From Eledone cirrhosa (Eukaryota), in assembly GCA_964016885.1 (NCBI GenBank), contig OZ024742.1, positions 250,294,001 through 250,358,000 of the forward strand: 64,000 nucleotides of DNA, in the 5' to 3' direction. Below, piece after piece: positions 1 to 15,869 of this stretch; positions within the stretch are counted from its first letter, which is position 1; every line of letters starts with the position of its first letter. The translations under genes were made by a program, and so were the position numbers. A model generated the notes under the pieces. It did no database searches and was not told the DNA's origin. It was given only the letters and a program-made list of their open reading frames with translations.

Positions 1-256
1 TGGAGTTGTTGTTGTTGTCTTTTTCATGTGTATGTATGTTAATAGGTTTAATTCCTGTGTTTTCCTGTGTGTTATTTTTCTCTTCTTCGACAGTAGAAAT
101 TTTAAAATCTTCAAGTGGTAATATTTTGTTCTCTTTGTTGACAGTCGTATCCATAGCGACGTCGATAGTAACAGAAGCAGATATAACGTTAACATCTGCC
201 TCTCTACTTCTCTTCTCTCTGTCGACGTTCTCTAGCGTTCTTTCCAAGCTATTCAT
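1..256 (-). CDS. N-terminus of an ORF running off the left edge, possibly LINE (L1/Tx1-type) ORF1; product unknown
   Basis: Manual translation from ATG at 256 stays open to base 1 (MNSLERTLENVDREKRSREADVNVISASVTIDVAMDTTVNKENKILPLEDFKISTVEEEKNNTQENTG...). Low-complexity, charged, no diagnostic motif. Confidence 0.3.
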   Translation of the reverse strand, partial: MNSLERTLENVDREKRSREADVNVISASVTIDVAMDTTVNKENKILPLEDFKISTVEEEKNNTQENTGIKPINIHTHEKDNNNNS

Positions 257-462
257 GTTTTATAGTTGGCAAAATTTGATTTTTTAAAATAATTTTTAAA
301 TTAAATTTTCGCCCCTAAAGGGGTAAAATATGGGATTACCACCCAGCTGACAATTCAGCTTGGAGGTTAATCCATAAAATGATATGTTTTTTCAAACAAT
401 TAGTTCGGTTTTTTCCATAGAATTTAACAAAAAAGCTTACCGGCGATGTTCCACACGTCAAA

Positions 463-578
<116 letters not shown>

Positions 579-678
579 GAGTGCGTGTGTATACGAAAAG
601 AAAACGTAAAAAAAACAACAGATGATTAATTACAATGAAGATATATATAGTTTCATGCTTAATATGGTAGGAAAAGTA

Positions 679-712
679 TTAGCGTTTCGGACGCAAGTCC
701 CTCATCAGGAAA
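679..712 (-). ncRNA. Type-I hammerhead ribozyme core (PLE-type)
   Basis: Minus strand reads CTGATGA-GGGAC-TTGC-GTCC-GAAAC. Stems I and III are poorly preserved. Confidence 0.6.
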
Positions 713-924
713 TAGAATGAGAAAATAGAGAAGAAATAGCAAGACAGGAGAATGATCATCAGGTAGAAACGAGAAGAAATTTCTACGAGAAAATGTCTTC
801 ACTTCAAAAAATGTTGAAGGAGTTTTTCTTGTGTAGGAAGTTCAGATAGCTGTCCTTTGTAAGTCTGTGATCAAAAATGTCATAATTCGTTCTGAAAATA
901 AAGAAATCCTTATGTATTTAGAAT

Positions 925-1312
925 GGATATGTATGTGTGTAAGTGTGTCAGTATCTGTGTGTGTATGTGTGTGTGTGTGTATGTATGTATATCATTGTAT
1001 GTATGCATGTATGTATGTATATGCGTATGCGTGAATGTATGTATATGCGTATGTGTGTATGTGTATGTGTGTATGTATGAGTGTATGCGTGAATGTGAGT
1101 ATATATGTATGTATATATGTGTGCATACGTGTATGTAAGTATGTGTGTATGTATGTTTGTGTATGTGTGTGTATCTATGTGTGTGTATGTATGTATATGC
1201 GTGTACGTACGTATGTATGTATGTACGTACATATGTATGTATGTACGTATGTATATGTATGTGTGTATGTATGTATGTATGTATGTATGTATGTATGTAT
1301 GTATGTATGTAT
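925..1312. repeat. (GT)n/(TATG)n compound microsatellite
   Basis: Direct reading. Confidence 0.95.
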
Positions 1313-1840
1313 GTCGGGTCACTCTTGAGTGCTACTGGTAACATGTAATCCAGTACAACCTGTCCCATGGTCGGGTCGTCGGCGACTAAACCGGCAACCT
1401 CACCAAGTTTACTTGGCGAGGAGAGTGATTTTGGACACCCTGCAGGACAAAAAACAAAACCTGACAAAGAGCGGAAGAACTCAGAGTCAATGACCATCCA
1501 AAAGTGTGTAAATATGTATATAGACATGTACCTCGCGGTAAAAACCACTGGGAGTGAAGGACCGCTAGCCTTTGTCAGGGCATTCTTCTAGGAGGAGGCA
1601 ACTCAGGAAACTGGGATAACTCCGATATAAAACCTGCATCAGTAGTTACTGATGATGTTGATCTCTTCTTTTCGGGTTATAGCTACTGTCACTCAGAGAG
1701 CGGGATTGGCTCAGTGCACAGTCTTTCCTCACTTTAAAAAATATCTTCACGCACAGGCATTGCACGATAGAATTAATTTATAATAATATATAATGGTATA
1801 TCGTGCAATGGCCATACTCGACATCGAAGGGGCAGCCATC
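1313..1840 (+). mobile_element. RTE-derived non-autonomous bipartite retroposon, subfamily A
   Basis: Its 5' ~390 bp is homologous to 3443-3800 and to the reverse complement of the 27.2-28.4 kb copies. Its 3' end TGGCCATACTCGACATCGAAGGGGCAGCCAT matches the RTE terminus at 24241-24280 (rc). Flanked by (TATG)n. Confidence 0.75.
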
Positions 1841-2104
1841 ATATATGTATGTATGTATAGGTGTATGTATATATGTATGTGTCCATACGTTTAAGAGCCT
1901 TTGTATTATGTATATCTATATTACTGCGAATATATATGACATTCAGACAGTCTGAGTTTTCTGGCGTGGTTGTAAAAACTTATCTACCCACTGTACCTGT
2001 ATAGAGCTGTCTCTTGTGATACCTATTATACGAATAGGATTATACATGTGCTTGCACATATGGGCATGTTCATAATTTATGTATAAATTACGCACACACA
2101 CTAC

Positions 2105-3442
<1,338 letters not shown>

Positions 3443-3446
<4 letters not shown>

Positions 3447-4013
3447 AGGTCACCAGTTGGGTTCTACTTGTAACATGTATCCCAGTACAACCTGTCTCAT
3501 GGTCGGGTCGTTGGCGACTAAACTGGCAACGCCACCAAGGTTTCTTGGTGAGGAGGGTGACTTTGGACATCCCGCAGGACTAAAACAAAACCTGTCAAAG
3601 GGGAAAGGAGCTTTTAAGAGTCAATTGCCATCCAAAATCACCGGGAGAGATGACCCCTTAGCCTTTCTAGGAGAAGGAAAACTCTGATATAACACCTGCA
3701 ACCCTGATGGTATCCAATGATGTTGACTTGTTCTTTTTGGTAAATATCATTTTGGTTAAGAGAGTGGGACTGGCTTTGTGCAGTGCCTTTGCTCACTATA
3801 AAAGCTTCACGGCACAGGCATTGCTTTATATCTGGAGATATACTCTTGTCGTCACATGCTACCATGGGCCCAGCACTATGTGTCAATAATTGTCACAAGT
3901 GTAGTGTTTGTACCAGAGTTTTCAAGTCCCTCGCTTGACTAAAACGTCACACTCGTTCAGCGCATCGGTAGGGGTTCTCCTACATGGATATAAAGTCGTG
4001 GCTGTACTCGAAA
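3443..4013 (+). mobile_element. RTE-derived non-autonomous bipartite retroposon, subfamily B (3' tip missing)
   Basis: Nearly colinear with the rc of 27220-27826. Contains CTAGGAGAAGGAAAACTCTGA (RTE 5'UTR-like motif) and a relic C2H2 finger (CSVCTRVFKS...). Confidence 0.8.
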
Positions 4014-4335
4014 ATATATATGTATATATATATAAAGAGAGGGAGAGAGAGGGGGGAGATAAAGAGAATATAGTAGTTGATCGGTTTTCGTTAGAGGAAA
4101 TCGAAGACTGTGTCAACATGCAGTGGTTTTTGACTCAACAAGTAAATCGCTTATCATAGTGTTTCCTAGATGATCAACCGTGGGTACAATGAAGGTAGTT
4201 CCTAGAGTGTTTATATGTAAGGAATTACATAAATACACCAAATTTCGGATTAGCGATTCTAGATATTGCTCTCCAGCTTATTGACGAGAAATGCGTCAGT
4301 TACGTCATAAATAATCGATTCATTATATAATATAC

Positions 4336-4374
<39 letters not shown>

Positions 4375-4386
4375 AATACCCCGTCC

Positions 4387-4427
<41 letters not shown>

Positions 4428-4559
4428 AATATATGTATGTATATATGTTTGTATGCATACGAGTGTCTATGGAAGTATACATCTTCATATCGTCATCAGC
4501 TGATATTAATATGCGTGAGAGGGTCTTCAAAGATATAAAACAAACCTCCAAACCATAAC

Positions 4560-5136
<577 letters not shown>

Positions 5137-5350
5137 GTGAATGTACTCAAAGCAGTTGACTAAAGAAACGTTGCGAGAACTTGAACTTGTATACCTATGC
5201 GACCTGACCATAATAATAGTCGATCACTATAAACAATAGAATAATAGCTGAGAAAATCGTGTAAGGAACTCCTGGAGATGGAAAAATGTGGAAGAATATT
5301 ATTTCATACACATTTTGTATGTATATATCATTGAAATACATTATATATAT

Positions 5351-5482
<132 letters not shown>

Positions 5483-5488
5483 TTATAT

Positions 5489-5525
<37 letters not shown>

Positions 5526-6385
5526 TGTGTGTGTGTATATATATATATGTGTGTGTATATATATATGTATTTATTTATTTATTTATCTATTTATGTATGT
5601 GTGTGTGTATGTTAGTATGCGTATATACAATTATACTTCATACACATGAGAGTACGTACGTATGTATGTATGTATGTATGTATGTATGTATGTATGTATG
5701 TATGTATGTATATGTAAATGCCTGACTATATTTTTCAATTAGGTCCATGTCTAGACGTTTCTATTCAGTAGTATAAAGATATAAAGATATAAAACACCAC
5801 TAAACTCCATCAACCCCACATCATACAACTATATAAAAATATACACAGCAGTAATTATTCAGAATCAGACAGAATTTTAAAACAATAGTTTTGTGAGAGA
5901 ATCGTCCTTTTCATACTCGGTTTATTTTGGTATACATTCTCTCTTTCTTCTTCCTTCTCCTCCTTCTTCTTCTAATTCTAAAGATACTTTTGTTGTCGTT
6001 TGCTTCTTTGTGTCTGGAACATCAAACCACGTCCGACATAGCGGTCGCCATTTTCTTTTTGATTCTCCAACGCCGAAACTTCAATAAATACAAGCGTTTA
6101 GAAAAGATTCTATGTGAAACAGCAAAAGATCAGAGAATGTTGCATTCGATAAATCTTTTGTTTAACAAAGAACCGACTTGCTTTGACATTTAACGAATGA
6201 TTGGTTGGCACCAGAACCATCTCTTTAACTTTATTTACCGTTCGTTTCATTCTTTTATATATTTGTTTAAATTTAGAAATAGTTATTGTTTGTGTTTTTA
6301 TTTTTTTCTATTTTCTACTTCTCCGCATCAACATTTTACAATACATACCCCCCCCCCTCTCTCTTACTCGCATTCTTTCTCTGTA

Positions 6386-6470
<85 letters not shown>

Positions 6471-6511
6471 GTTTTTGGCCAGTATTTGCCCATGCCGTCT
6501 TACTTAATAGC

Positions 6512-6688
6512 ACCCCAACGGCTGAGCTCCGGCCGTTTCAACAGCTAGATCCGAACTAGTTCCCTGATATATATTTCGGATCTAGCTGTTGAAACGGCCG
6601 GAGCTCAGCCGTCAGGGTCCTGAACTTTTTCATATTACCCACTCTACAACCCCAAGTATCGAGTACTCTGGTTTTCACCGCCTCCAAA
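6512..6688 (+). mobile_element. ~190-bp hairpin+tail element, family H1, copy 1
   Basis: GC-rich inverted repeat (ACGGCTGAGCTCCGGCCGTTTC...GAAACGGCCGGAGCTCAGCCGT) followed by tail CCCACTCTAC..CC.AAGTAT.GAGTACTCTGG. Five further copies in the window. Confidence 0.85.
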
Positions 6689-6690
6689 TA

Positions 6691-6721
<31 letters not shown>

Positions 6722-6723
<2 letters not shown>

Positions 6724-7117
6724 AAGAATATATTCGACGGTCTTTCAGGTCTTAGAAACGCAGACGATCCATGTATGTTTACATTTATCAGTATATTGCC
6801 AAATATACTATACATACATTCCTGTATACATCGCTATTTCTGAGCACCCATTCTAATAACTCATTTTTGCTGGACAGGCAACCGCTCAGTTTAATCAACT
6901 CTTAAATATTACTGGAATGCTATATATCTCGGCAGATGCCAGGGAGTGGATGGTCTTGATAAACTCTAACGAGCTAGAAACAGGACTGTCGATCTTTGCT
7001 TTTGCCGAGAATAAGTAAGTGACATAGTCACTACTTTAAAACTCATAGCGAATGGTCTTCAAAATGTTTTTAATTAAACATACAGTATATTGCTAAATAT
7101 ACTATACATATATTCAT

Positions 7118-7125
<8 letters not shown>
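6722..7125 (+). mobile_element. (TA)n-flanked insert with short direct repeat and degenerate HHR
   Basis: CAGTATATTGCYAAATATACTATACATAYATTC at ~6789 and ~7083. gtcTTGATAA-ACTCTAACGAGCTA-GAAACAGGACTGTC at 6953-6993. Confidence 0.4.
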
Positions 7126-7169
<44 letters not shown>

Positions 7170-7385
7170 TATTAATAATGAGTTCAAACCTCAGGCAGTC
7201 CTTTACAATGAAATAGCTCAAAGAAATATTTCCGAGCCGTGTAATACAAGTTAATATAAATTAATATATTTGATAAACACAAATACCAACATATCCGTGT
7301 TTGTATTGTAAACAACTAACGTTTACAATACAAACACGGATATGTTGGTATTTGTGTTTATCAAATATATTATTTTATATTAACT

Positions 7386-7390
<5 letters not shown>
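7170..7390 (-). mobile_element. Hairpin+tail insert in (TA)n
   Basis: ~70-bp arms 7244-7313 and 7321-7390, 7-nt loop, unique tail 7170-7243. Confidence 0.8.
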
Positions 7391-7416
<26 letters not shown>

Positions 7417-7418
<2 letters not shown>

Positions 7419-7599
7419 CGAAGGAAATGTGGTAAGGAACCAGATGGACCATAACGCACCAAAGTACGCAATACTTAGGGTAGTAGAGTGGGTAATAGGA
7501 ACGAGTAGGACCCCGACGGCTGAGCTCAAGCCGTTTGGACGGCGTCCAGAATTAGCCGTCGAAACGGCTTGAGCTCAGCCGTCGGGGTCCTACTCGTTC
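7417..7599 (-). mobile_element. Family H1 hairpin+tail element, copy 2
   Basis: Reverse complement of the 50736 and 61281 copies; (TA)n on both sides. Confidence 0.85.
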
Positions 7600-7606
7600 A
7601 TATCTC

Positions 7607-7639
<33 letters not shown>

Positions 7640-7983
7640 GCACTCATATATATATATATATAGAAAGAGAGAGAGAGAGAGAGAGAGACAGTAAAGCATG
7701 TCCAGAGAATTATTTGATAATATATATACATCATCTCTACTCCCAATCAGCATAATTAACCACACAAAAAATCAATTAGACCAGGCTATAAGAATAAAAG
7801 GCATCTATGAAGAAACAGTAAATAAATACGCTATCGTGGCGTCTTCGCGGCCAACCGCTAAAGAATATTTACCCACCATTTCAACAGCACGTGGAAATTA
7901 ATTAAATATACGGTTAACCATACATAATTAGGTAAAAATTAATGTTAGAAATGCTTATATACATACCAGGATTAAATCACTAC

Positions 7984-8062
7984 ATCCCGACCCTTTGGTT
8001 TCGCTCTCTTTTGAGATACCTTATATAAGGTTCATACTCGAGTTTAGAGCTCTTCAGGGTAT
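7984..8062 (-). ncRNA. Type-I hammerhead ribozyme, intact core
   Basis: ATACC-CTGAAGA-GCTCT...AGAGC-GAAA-CC-AAAG-GG-TC-GGGAT. Stem I 4/5 bp, stem II GCTCT/AGAGC, stem III ACC/GGT, GUC cleavage triplet. Confidence 0.8.
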
Positions 8063-8357
8063 AAACTCACTAGGACATATTATTTTCTGAAGTGGCCCCC
8101 GCCAAACACGAATTCAAAATGGTTGAGAACTGTGACGTGGCAGTGGTCAAGTCCGGAAGGGTGTGATTGGTTGCTTACGGCGAGTGGGTTGGTTGCTAGA
8201 AAGCGCAGCCCAATATCGCCCAATATATATATATATTTCTATATATATATACAAAAAGAGAGAGTTCAAGGATGAAGAAGGGTAGGCGAATAGGGAATAG
8301 AGTGTTATTGGAGAGCACAACAAAGCTTTATGAATATATATACTGTATATATTTAAT

Positions 8358-8484
8358 TGCTAACAAATTGTTTCAAATATTGCACAGTAAGAGTAGACAT
8401 CGATTCTGTGATATCGAATATAAATCGATATTAGTCCATTAAAAATAGATAAATAAGTGTGTCAATACTATTCTCAGAGTCTAA
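8358..8484 (-). ncRNA. Degenerate hammerhead-like motif, possible PLE 3' end
   Basis: CTGAGAA-TAGTATTG...CAATATTT-GAAACAATTTGTTAG; core deviates from CUGANGA. Confidence 0.3.
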
Positions 8485-8850
8485 AAAAAATTCTTTATAA
8501 CATTAATTCATAAATTAAATCATATCACCGAAGTGGGACACCTACTTTAAATGTGGAGTGTTTATATTAAAAGGGTGGAAGTGAAAAATCGTTACAGCAG
8601 ACATCAACTTGTTTGCCATTAAATATATACATGTATTCATAAATCTTTGTTCTTCTCTCTAGCATTTTAAATATGATTTTTTGCTCTGCTTATTATACGA
8701 TTGTTAAACTATCTCTCTTTCCATATAATGGCATGGCTCGCTAATCTAACAACCTATATGCATTGAACAAACTAACCTTCTCTATACTGGCTAGTAATCT
8801 GCATAACTAATCATCTTTTTCACCTCCTGATTAGCTTATTTGCTTTTTAC

Positions 8851-10240
<1,390 letters not shown>

Positions 10241-10250
10241 AATATCACCA

Positions 10251-12570
10251 GAGGAAAACTGCTTGCCCTTCCCGGCCATAAGAAGGTGGCGGGGCGATCC
10301 TCACTATGGACTCGGTCGATAGCAAGATCCATCCTACACGTGATAACAGCTGTTCGATATAATTACACAAGTCAGTAATGAACGGACACTGGACGAGTGC
10401 TTACTGAACAGTTTCATGGTTTTCTGCGCACCTCAGACATGTGTTTTTGACTGCACTTCCGTGTCTGTAGTTTTTCTCGAACCGCAGAGACCCATGTAGC
10501 ACTACCAAGCGAGAGATTTCTGGAAGATATCCATAGTCCCCGGCTCAAACGTTCTCCGGAACAGACTGGTCAGTTCGATTACGTCGACGCCAGAGGTTTC
10601 TCCAAGTGTGTTGTCGCACTTCCCACCACTAACGGCGAACACACGCGTTCACCGTTTCACAATATTTGAAGATGCCGTCGCCTCAGCCACTACCTCTCCT
10701 AAACAAACAACAACAACACTATCACTTGTCCCTCAATCCCCTCATTACCAATCCGACTACTACTATTACCATTACCATTGATATTAAACTAAATGTTGAA
10801 GGCTCAAAATAGTTCCGTAACTTCCTACATATTGCAGTCAACAAACGTTAAGAGACAAACTGCATTCAGAAGTTAAATTTAATACATTGGATAGTGTGAA
10901 TCATTATACAAGAATAAGTGTTCATAGTTGGAGAGTCATTGCTGAAGACTTGTTAGAGGCTATGCTAAACATACAACTAGAAACACCATCAGTACTAATG
11001 ACAACATAAGCAGTCAATGATATTTGTTAATTGACCAAACAATCCAGCTTGGCTATGCATTGTCGACGATAGAAACATATCTGTCGCTGCCATCTTACAA
11101 AGATCAAACTGTCCACTAAGCTTGTAAATTAAGATTTTTGTGAGATAATTAATTACTTGAGTTATCATACCTTGAGAATAATTACTTTTGCCAATGCATG
11201 TGTGTGTTCTTTCTCCAGCTAAGAGATGAAATCCTATTAATTGAGACTTATTTCTTGCGTACGCTATTTATTTTTTCTTCGCTTCTTGCATGGCGTCATG
11301 CTTGAGAAGGTCTGTCATCACCGAACTTTATCCCACCCTTTCCTTATTAATGCCACAAACACTATTCGCTTTATATCTCATCCAGCTACTCCTCGTGTGG
11401 ATGTCCACTATAAGTTTCCATTCTAAGATGAAGCCTACTGTCCATAGGGTATATGAACTGCAATATGCAGATGAAAATACAACAGCCAGAAACATTGAGA
11501 CTGACCTTCAAAAGACGGCATAACTATACACGGAGGCATATAAGCGTTTTGGAACGCAAGTCATTATTGACAAGACACAACTCCTAATGTAGCCAAGACC
11601 TGTATATGGCGATGTCTACGTAGGAAGCTTTTCAGTGGAAATTGTCGGCCATTTTCCCAATTTTCTTATCTTGGGTCCATCTTGTCAAACAAAGACACCC
11701 ATGAAAGGACGTCAATAATAGAATTACGGTCGTCCACGATGCACCTATTAGGTTCGTTCAGCGTATCTTTCCAAATTACAGTATCACTCTTAAAACGAAG
11801 TCATGGTCTTTATGACAGTAATATGCGCAAATTGCTTCGTGATTGACAGATGTACGCCGAGTACCGCCAACATTTGAGACTATTACAAAGCTTCCAGCAA
11901 ACGAAACTGCACCGCATTTAAAGTATAAAATCTATTTTGAAACCGTCGGCTCACCAGGCCGGGGGTTATTCTGGTATAGGTATCGTTAACTGACTGGTAG
12001 TACAAGACACCCCCCAACCAGGACAAAATATCAGTCCATAGCAGGGTTTAACCCCCAGCTCCTGCTGATACTCATTTTCAGCTGAATATAATGGAGCCAG
12101 TTGAAGTGAAGATTTTTGCTCAAAAACACAACACACTGTGCTGCAATCTCCACATTAACTCGAAAGATTTTCTTACAAACAACGAAAGTTTTCTCTCCAA
12201 TATTAAAGCAATGATACAACGCCATCGAAAGAGTTGGGCAAAATATATTGCCAGAATGCCTTACTAGGTTGCTACGGACCAACCTCTTCATAGAGTTTGC
12301 TAATGGCAAAATAACCCGTGGTGCATGCAAACGACGTTTTAAAGAACAACTTAAGTCTTCTCGACATATCTGCACATCGTACAATCTAGGTGCGAGCTGT
12401 CTTTAAGGTTCAAATGCTTTCGAAAACCAATGAAGACTGCACGGTGATCAATGATGCATTGAAGCGAATGCAAAGATGAACGATCTACGCCCCCCGCCTG
12501 GACTTTTGAGCACCATGTGTCAACGGCTATTCTCTAAACTGGAATTGTCTAGCCATGACCGTCATAGGTA
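10251..12570 (+). mobile_element. Heavily decayed RTE-clade LINE
   Basis: RT motif ELQYADE at ~11455-11475. 12230-12360 resembles the RTE C-terminal W.GH..RM...ELA.GK..RG..KRRFKEQLK. Many stops and frameshifts; boundaries approximate. Confidence 0.65.
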
Positions 12571-13052
12571 AGGTAATATTACATCTAAATCATGAAAAAA
12601 TATAATCGATAATCGGAAAACAAATAAAGCTGACTAAGTCGACATTCACTAAACACCACACGATATCATAAGGTTATATTGAACACATGTATATTAACAT
12701 ATAGGGTTACTTAAAAACCAACTCAGTATCCACCATTATATGTTAATGGATAGCGGTGTTGGCGGTTATAGGACAGTATAAGCCAATGTCGTACAATATA
12801 TAACGAAAGTAGCCATTATAGTGTAACAATACACAATACAGTGCAATGTATATCAATGTTGGCAGTTACAGAATAATATAGGATAATATGGTGTAATATA
12901 CAACACTGTCGGTGGTTAAAGAACAATAGAGTGATTGTCGGTGGTTAAGGAACACATGAGTTCGATTTGAGTTCAAACATTCCACACCTTCCCCAACGAA
13001 ATGATCAGCAAATGAAGATCAGTTGATAAATGAGGTTATATGTATATGGTTT

Positions 13053-13082
<30 letters not shown>

Positions 13083-13084
<2 letters not shown>

Positions 13085-14897
13085 CGATATTAAACAAATG
13101 GAAACTATATTTATAAAACCATATTTATTTCATTATACATATTTCAGGGATACCATATTAAAAATATGGCATGCCTTCGTCAGATAAAATACAATATATA
13201 ACCAGTTTTATAAATAATGTTGACGTACCATAAATATAGCAACCATTAAGGTAGGAGGCTGGCTTGGTAGTGAAGTGTTTATAAATATTTAGTGTTAATC
13301 ACAGTTACAAATAAAGACGGAGAAAAAGAAGAAATGTATGTAAAGAAAAACAGAGAGAAATAGAGAGAAATAGGGGAGTGAGAAAGAAGGAGGCGGTAAA
13401 AAAGAGAGGCAACCGAAGGCAACAGATGAATAATAATAATTCATCATACAAATTGAGAGATTTAAGAGGGAGGGAGTACGGTAATTATTTAGTTATAGTG
13501 TTAAGCACAGTTAGAGAAGAGACAGACTGAAAGAAAAAAAATGGAGATGAGGAGAAAACAGAGAGAGAGAGATAGAGCGGTGGGAGGAAAAGAAAGAGGG
13601 AGAAAAAATAATAATTATATAGGGGGAGGTGAAAAACAAGAGAGAAGTAAGAGAGAAACATGAGAGGCAAAGTCAAAACGACAGATACATAAACTTCATC
13701 ATATATAAAGAGAGAGGAGAAGAAAGAGCTATATCTAGAGAGAGGGATGATAGAGTTACATCTTTACGTCATGTCCTATCAATTTGAATTATCAATTCAT
13801 ATGAACTGGGTAATATAATGTAAATATCAATATTCATGAATGAGACATAGATATATAATGTGTGAAAATAATTTTGCTCAATAATGACCATATGTTTAGT
13901 TTAAAACTCTGAGGTCAATGTACCAATGTACCAATGTAAATTTTGAAGAATTATCTCAGTTTTTGGTACATTGACCTCAGAGTTTTAAACTAAACATATG
14001 GTCATTATTGAGCAAAATTATTTTCACACATTATATATCTATGTCTCATTCATGAATATTGATATTTACATTATATTACCCAGTTCATATGAATTGATAA
14101 TTCAAATTGATAGGACATGACGTAAAGATGTAACTCTATCATCCCTCTCTCTAGATATAGCTCTTTCTTCTCCTCTCTCTTTATATATGATGAAGTTTAT
14201 GTATCTGTCGTTTTGACTTTGCCTCTCATGTTTCTCTCTTACTTCTCTCTTGTTTTTCACCTGCCCCTATATAATTATTATTATTATTTTTTCTCCCTCT
14301 TTCTTTTCCTCCCACCTCTCTATCTCTCTCTCTGTTTTCTCCTCATCTCCATTTTTTTTCTTTCAGCCTGTCTCTTCTCTAACTGTGCTTAACACTATAA
14401 CTAAATAATTACCGTACTCCCTTCCACTTAAATCTCTCAATTTGTATGATGAATTATTATTATTCATCTGTTGCCTTCGGTTGCCCCTTTTTACCTCCTC
14501 CCTCTTTCTCACTCCCCTATTTCTCTCTATTTCTCTCTGTTTTTCTTTACATACATTTCTTCTTTTTCTCCGTCTTTATTTGTAACTGTGATTAACACTA
14601 AATATTTATAAAAAATTTCACTACCAAGCCAGCCTCCTACCTTAATGGTCGCTATATTTATGGTACGTCAAAATTATTTATAAAACTGGTTATATATTGT
14701 ATTTTATCTGACGAAGGCATGCCATATTTTTAATATGGTATCCCTGAAATATGTATAATGAAATAAATATGGTTTTATAAATATAGTTTCCATTTGTTTA
14801 ATATCGTATATCTACTCCAAAAACTTGTCGAGTGCTTTATATCAGTTATAAAATATTTACTTGTTCTAACCCAACAATTTTAAATAAAACTTTTGCA
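13083..14897 (+). mobile_element. 1.7-kb fold-back (arms ~845 bp) plus ~90-nt tail, in (TA)n
   Basis: 13083-13926 is the near-perfect rc of 13963-14808, with a few substitutions and indels. Tail 14809-14897 is shared with 16614-16700. Confidence 0.9.
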
Positions 14898-14915
14898 TAT
14901 ATATATATATATATA

Positions 14916-15869
14916 GGTTCGATGGTCTTTCGTCTCTTTTCACGATTTCACAGAGTTTATATTCATAGAGATCTGGGACTTGTCTATTTCTACTCACTTT
15001 CCGTTGCTTAAACCCTTTTGTTGTTACTCTAGCGTCCCCCTTTATTTACGTGTCCCAACGACTTTTTTTAGCCGTTGTTCGCACCAACCTGAGGCATATG
15101 GCCCTTAAAGCGATGAAATGCCGAGGACAGTTGGAGGGTCACTGATGAAGGACTCACTTTTTCATATGTATCCCATTTGCAACGCCGCAGCTCCATTATT
15201 ATCATCATATTTACACATATTACTTTTCCATGCTGCCTGTCTGTTTCGTTCCTTGTATCTTTACCACTTCTAGCAGTCTCCCTCTCTGTTACTCTCTCCT
15301 CAACTTTCACTCCCTCATTCTCTGTCACTACCTCTCCTCCTCCTCTTTCCTCCTCCTCCTTCAAGTTTGACCTGTGTGTAATTCTTTTCTCGCGCAGTCT
15401 TGACCGAGCTGGTATGGAATTTTTTTCTCTCTCTCTTTCGTCTGCGACTTCACAAAACTTGCGTTTACCGAATTCGTAGTCCAGACCACCTTATCTTCTT
15501 CTTCTTCTTCTTCTTCTTCTTCTTCTTCTTCCTCTTCTCTCCTTTTTCTTTCTCTCTCTCTCTCTTCCCCCCCCCCCCCCCGTCAAACTTGGGCGAAATT
15601 CTTTCCTTGCTCACATTTCTACCAGGTTCGATGGTCTTTCGTCTCTTGTTCACGATTTCACAGAGTTTATATTCATAGAGATCTGGGACTTGTCTATTTC
15701 TACTCACTTTCCGTTGCTTAAACCCTTTTGTTGTTACTCTAGCGTCCCCCTTTATTTACGTGTCCCAACGACTTTTTTTAGCCGTTGTTCGCACCAACCT
15801 GAGGCATATGGCCCTTAAAGCGATGAAATGCCGAGGACGGTTGGAGGGTCACTGATGAAGGACTCACTT

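Noticed and set aside
13083-14808. Palindromes as pure sequencing fold-back artefacts
   Set aside because: Arms carry substitutions and indels, families recur with the same arm/tail boundary, and ages differ. Raw reads are still needed for full exclusion.
15142-15165. CTGATGAAGGAC as an HHR core in family D1
   Set aside because: No stem II partner or GAAA box follows.
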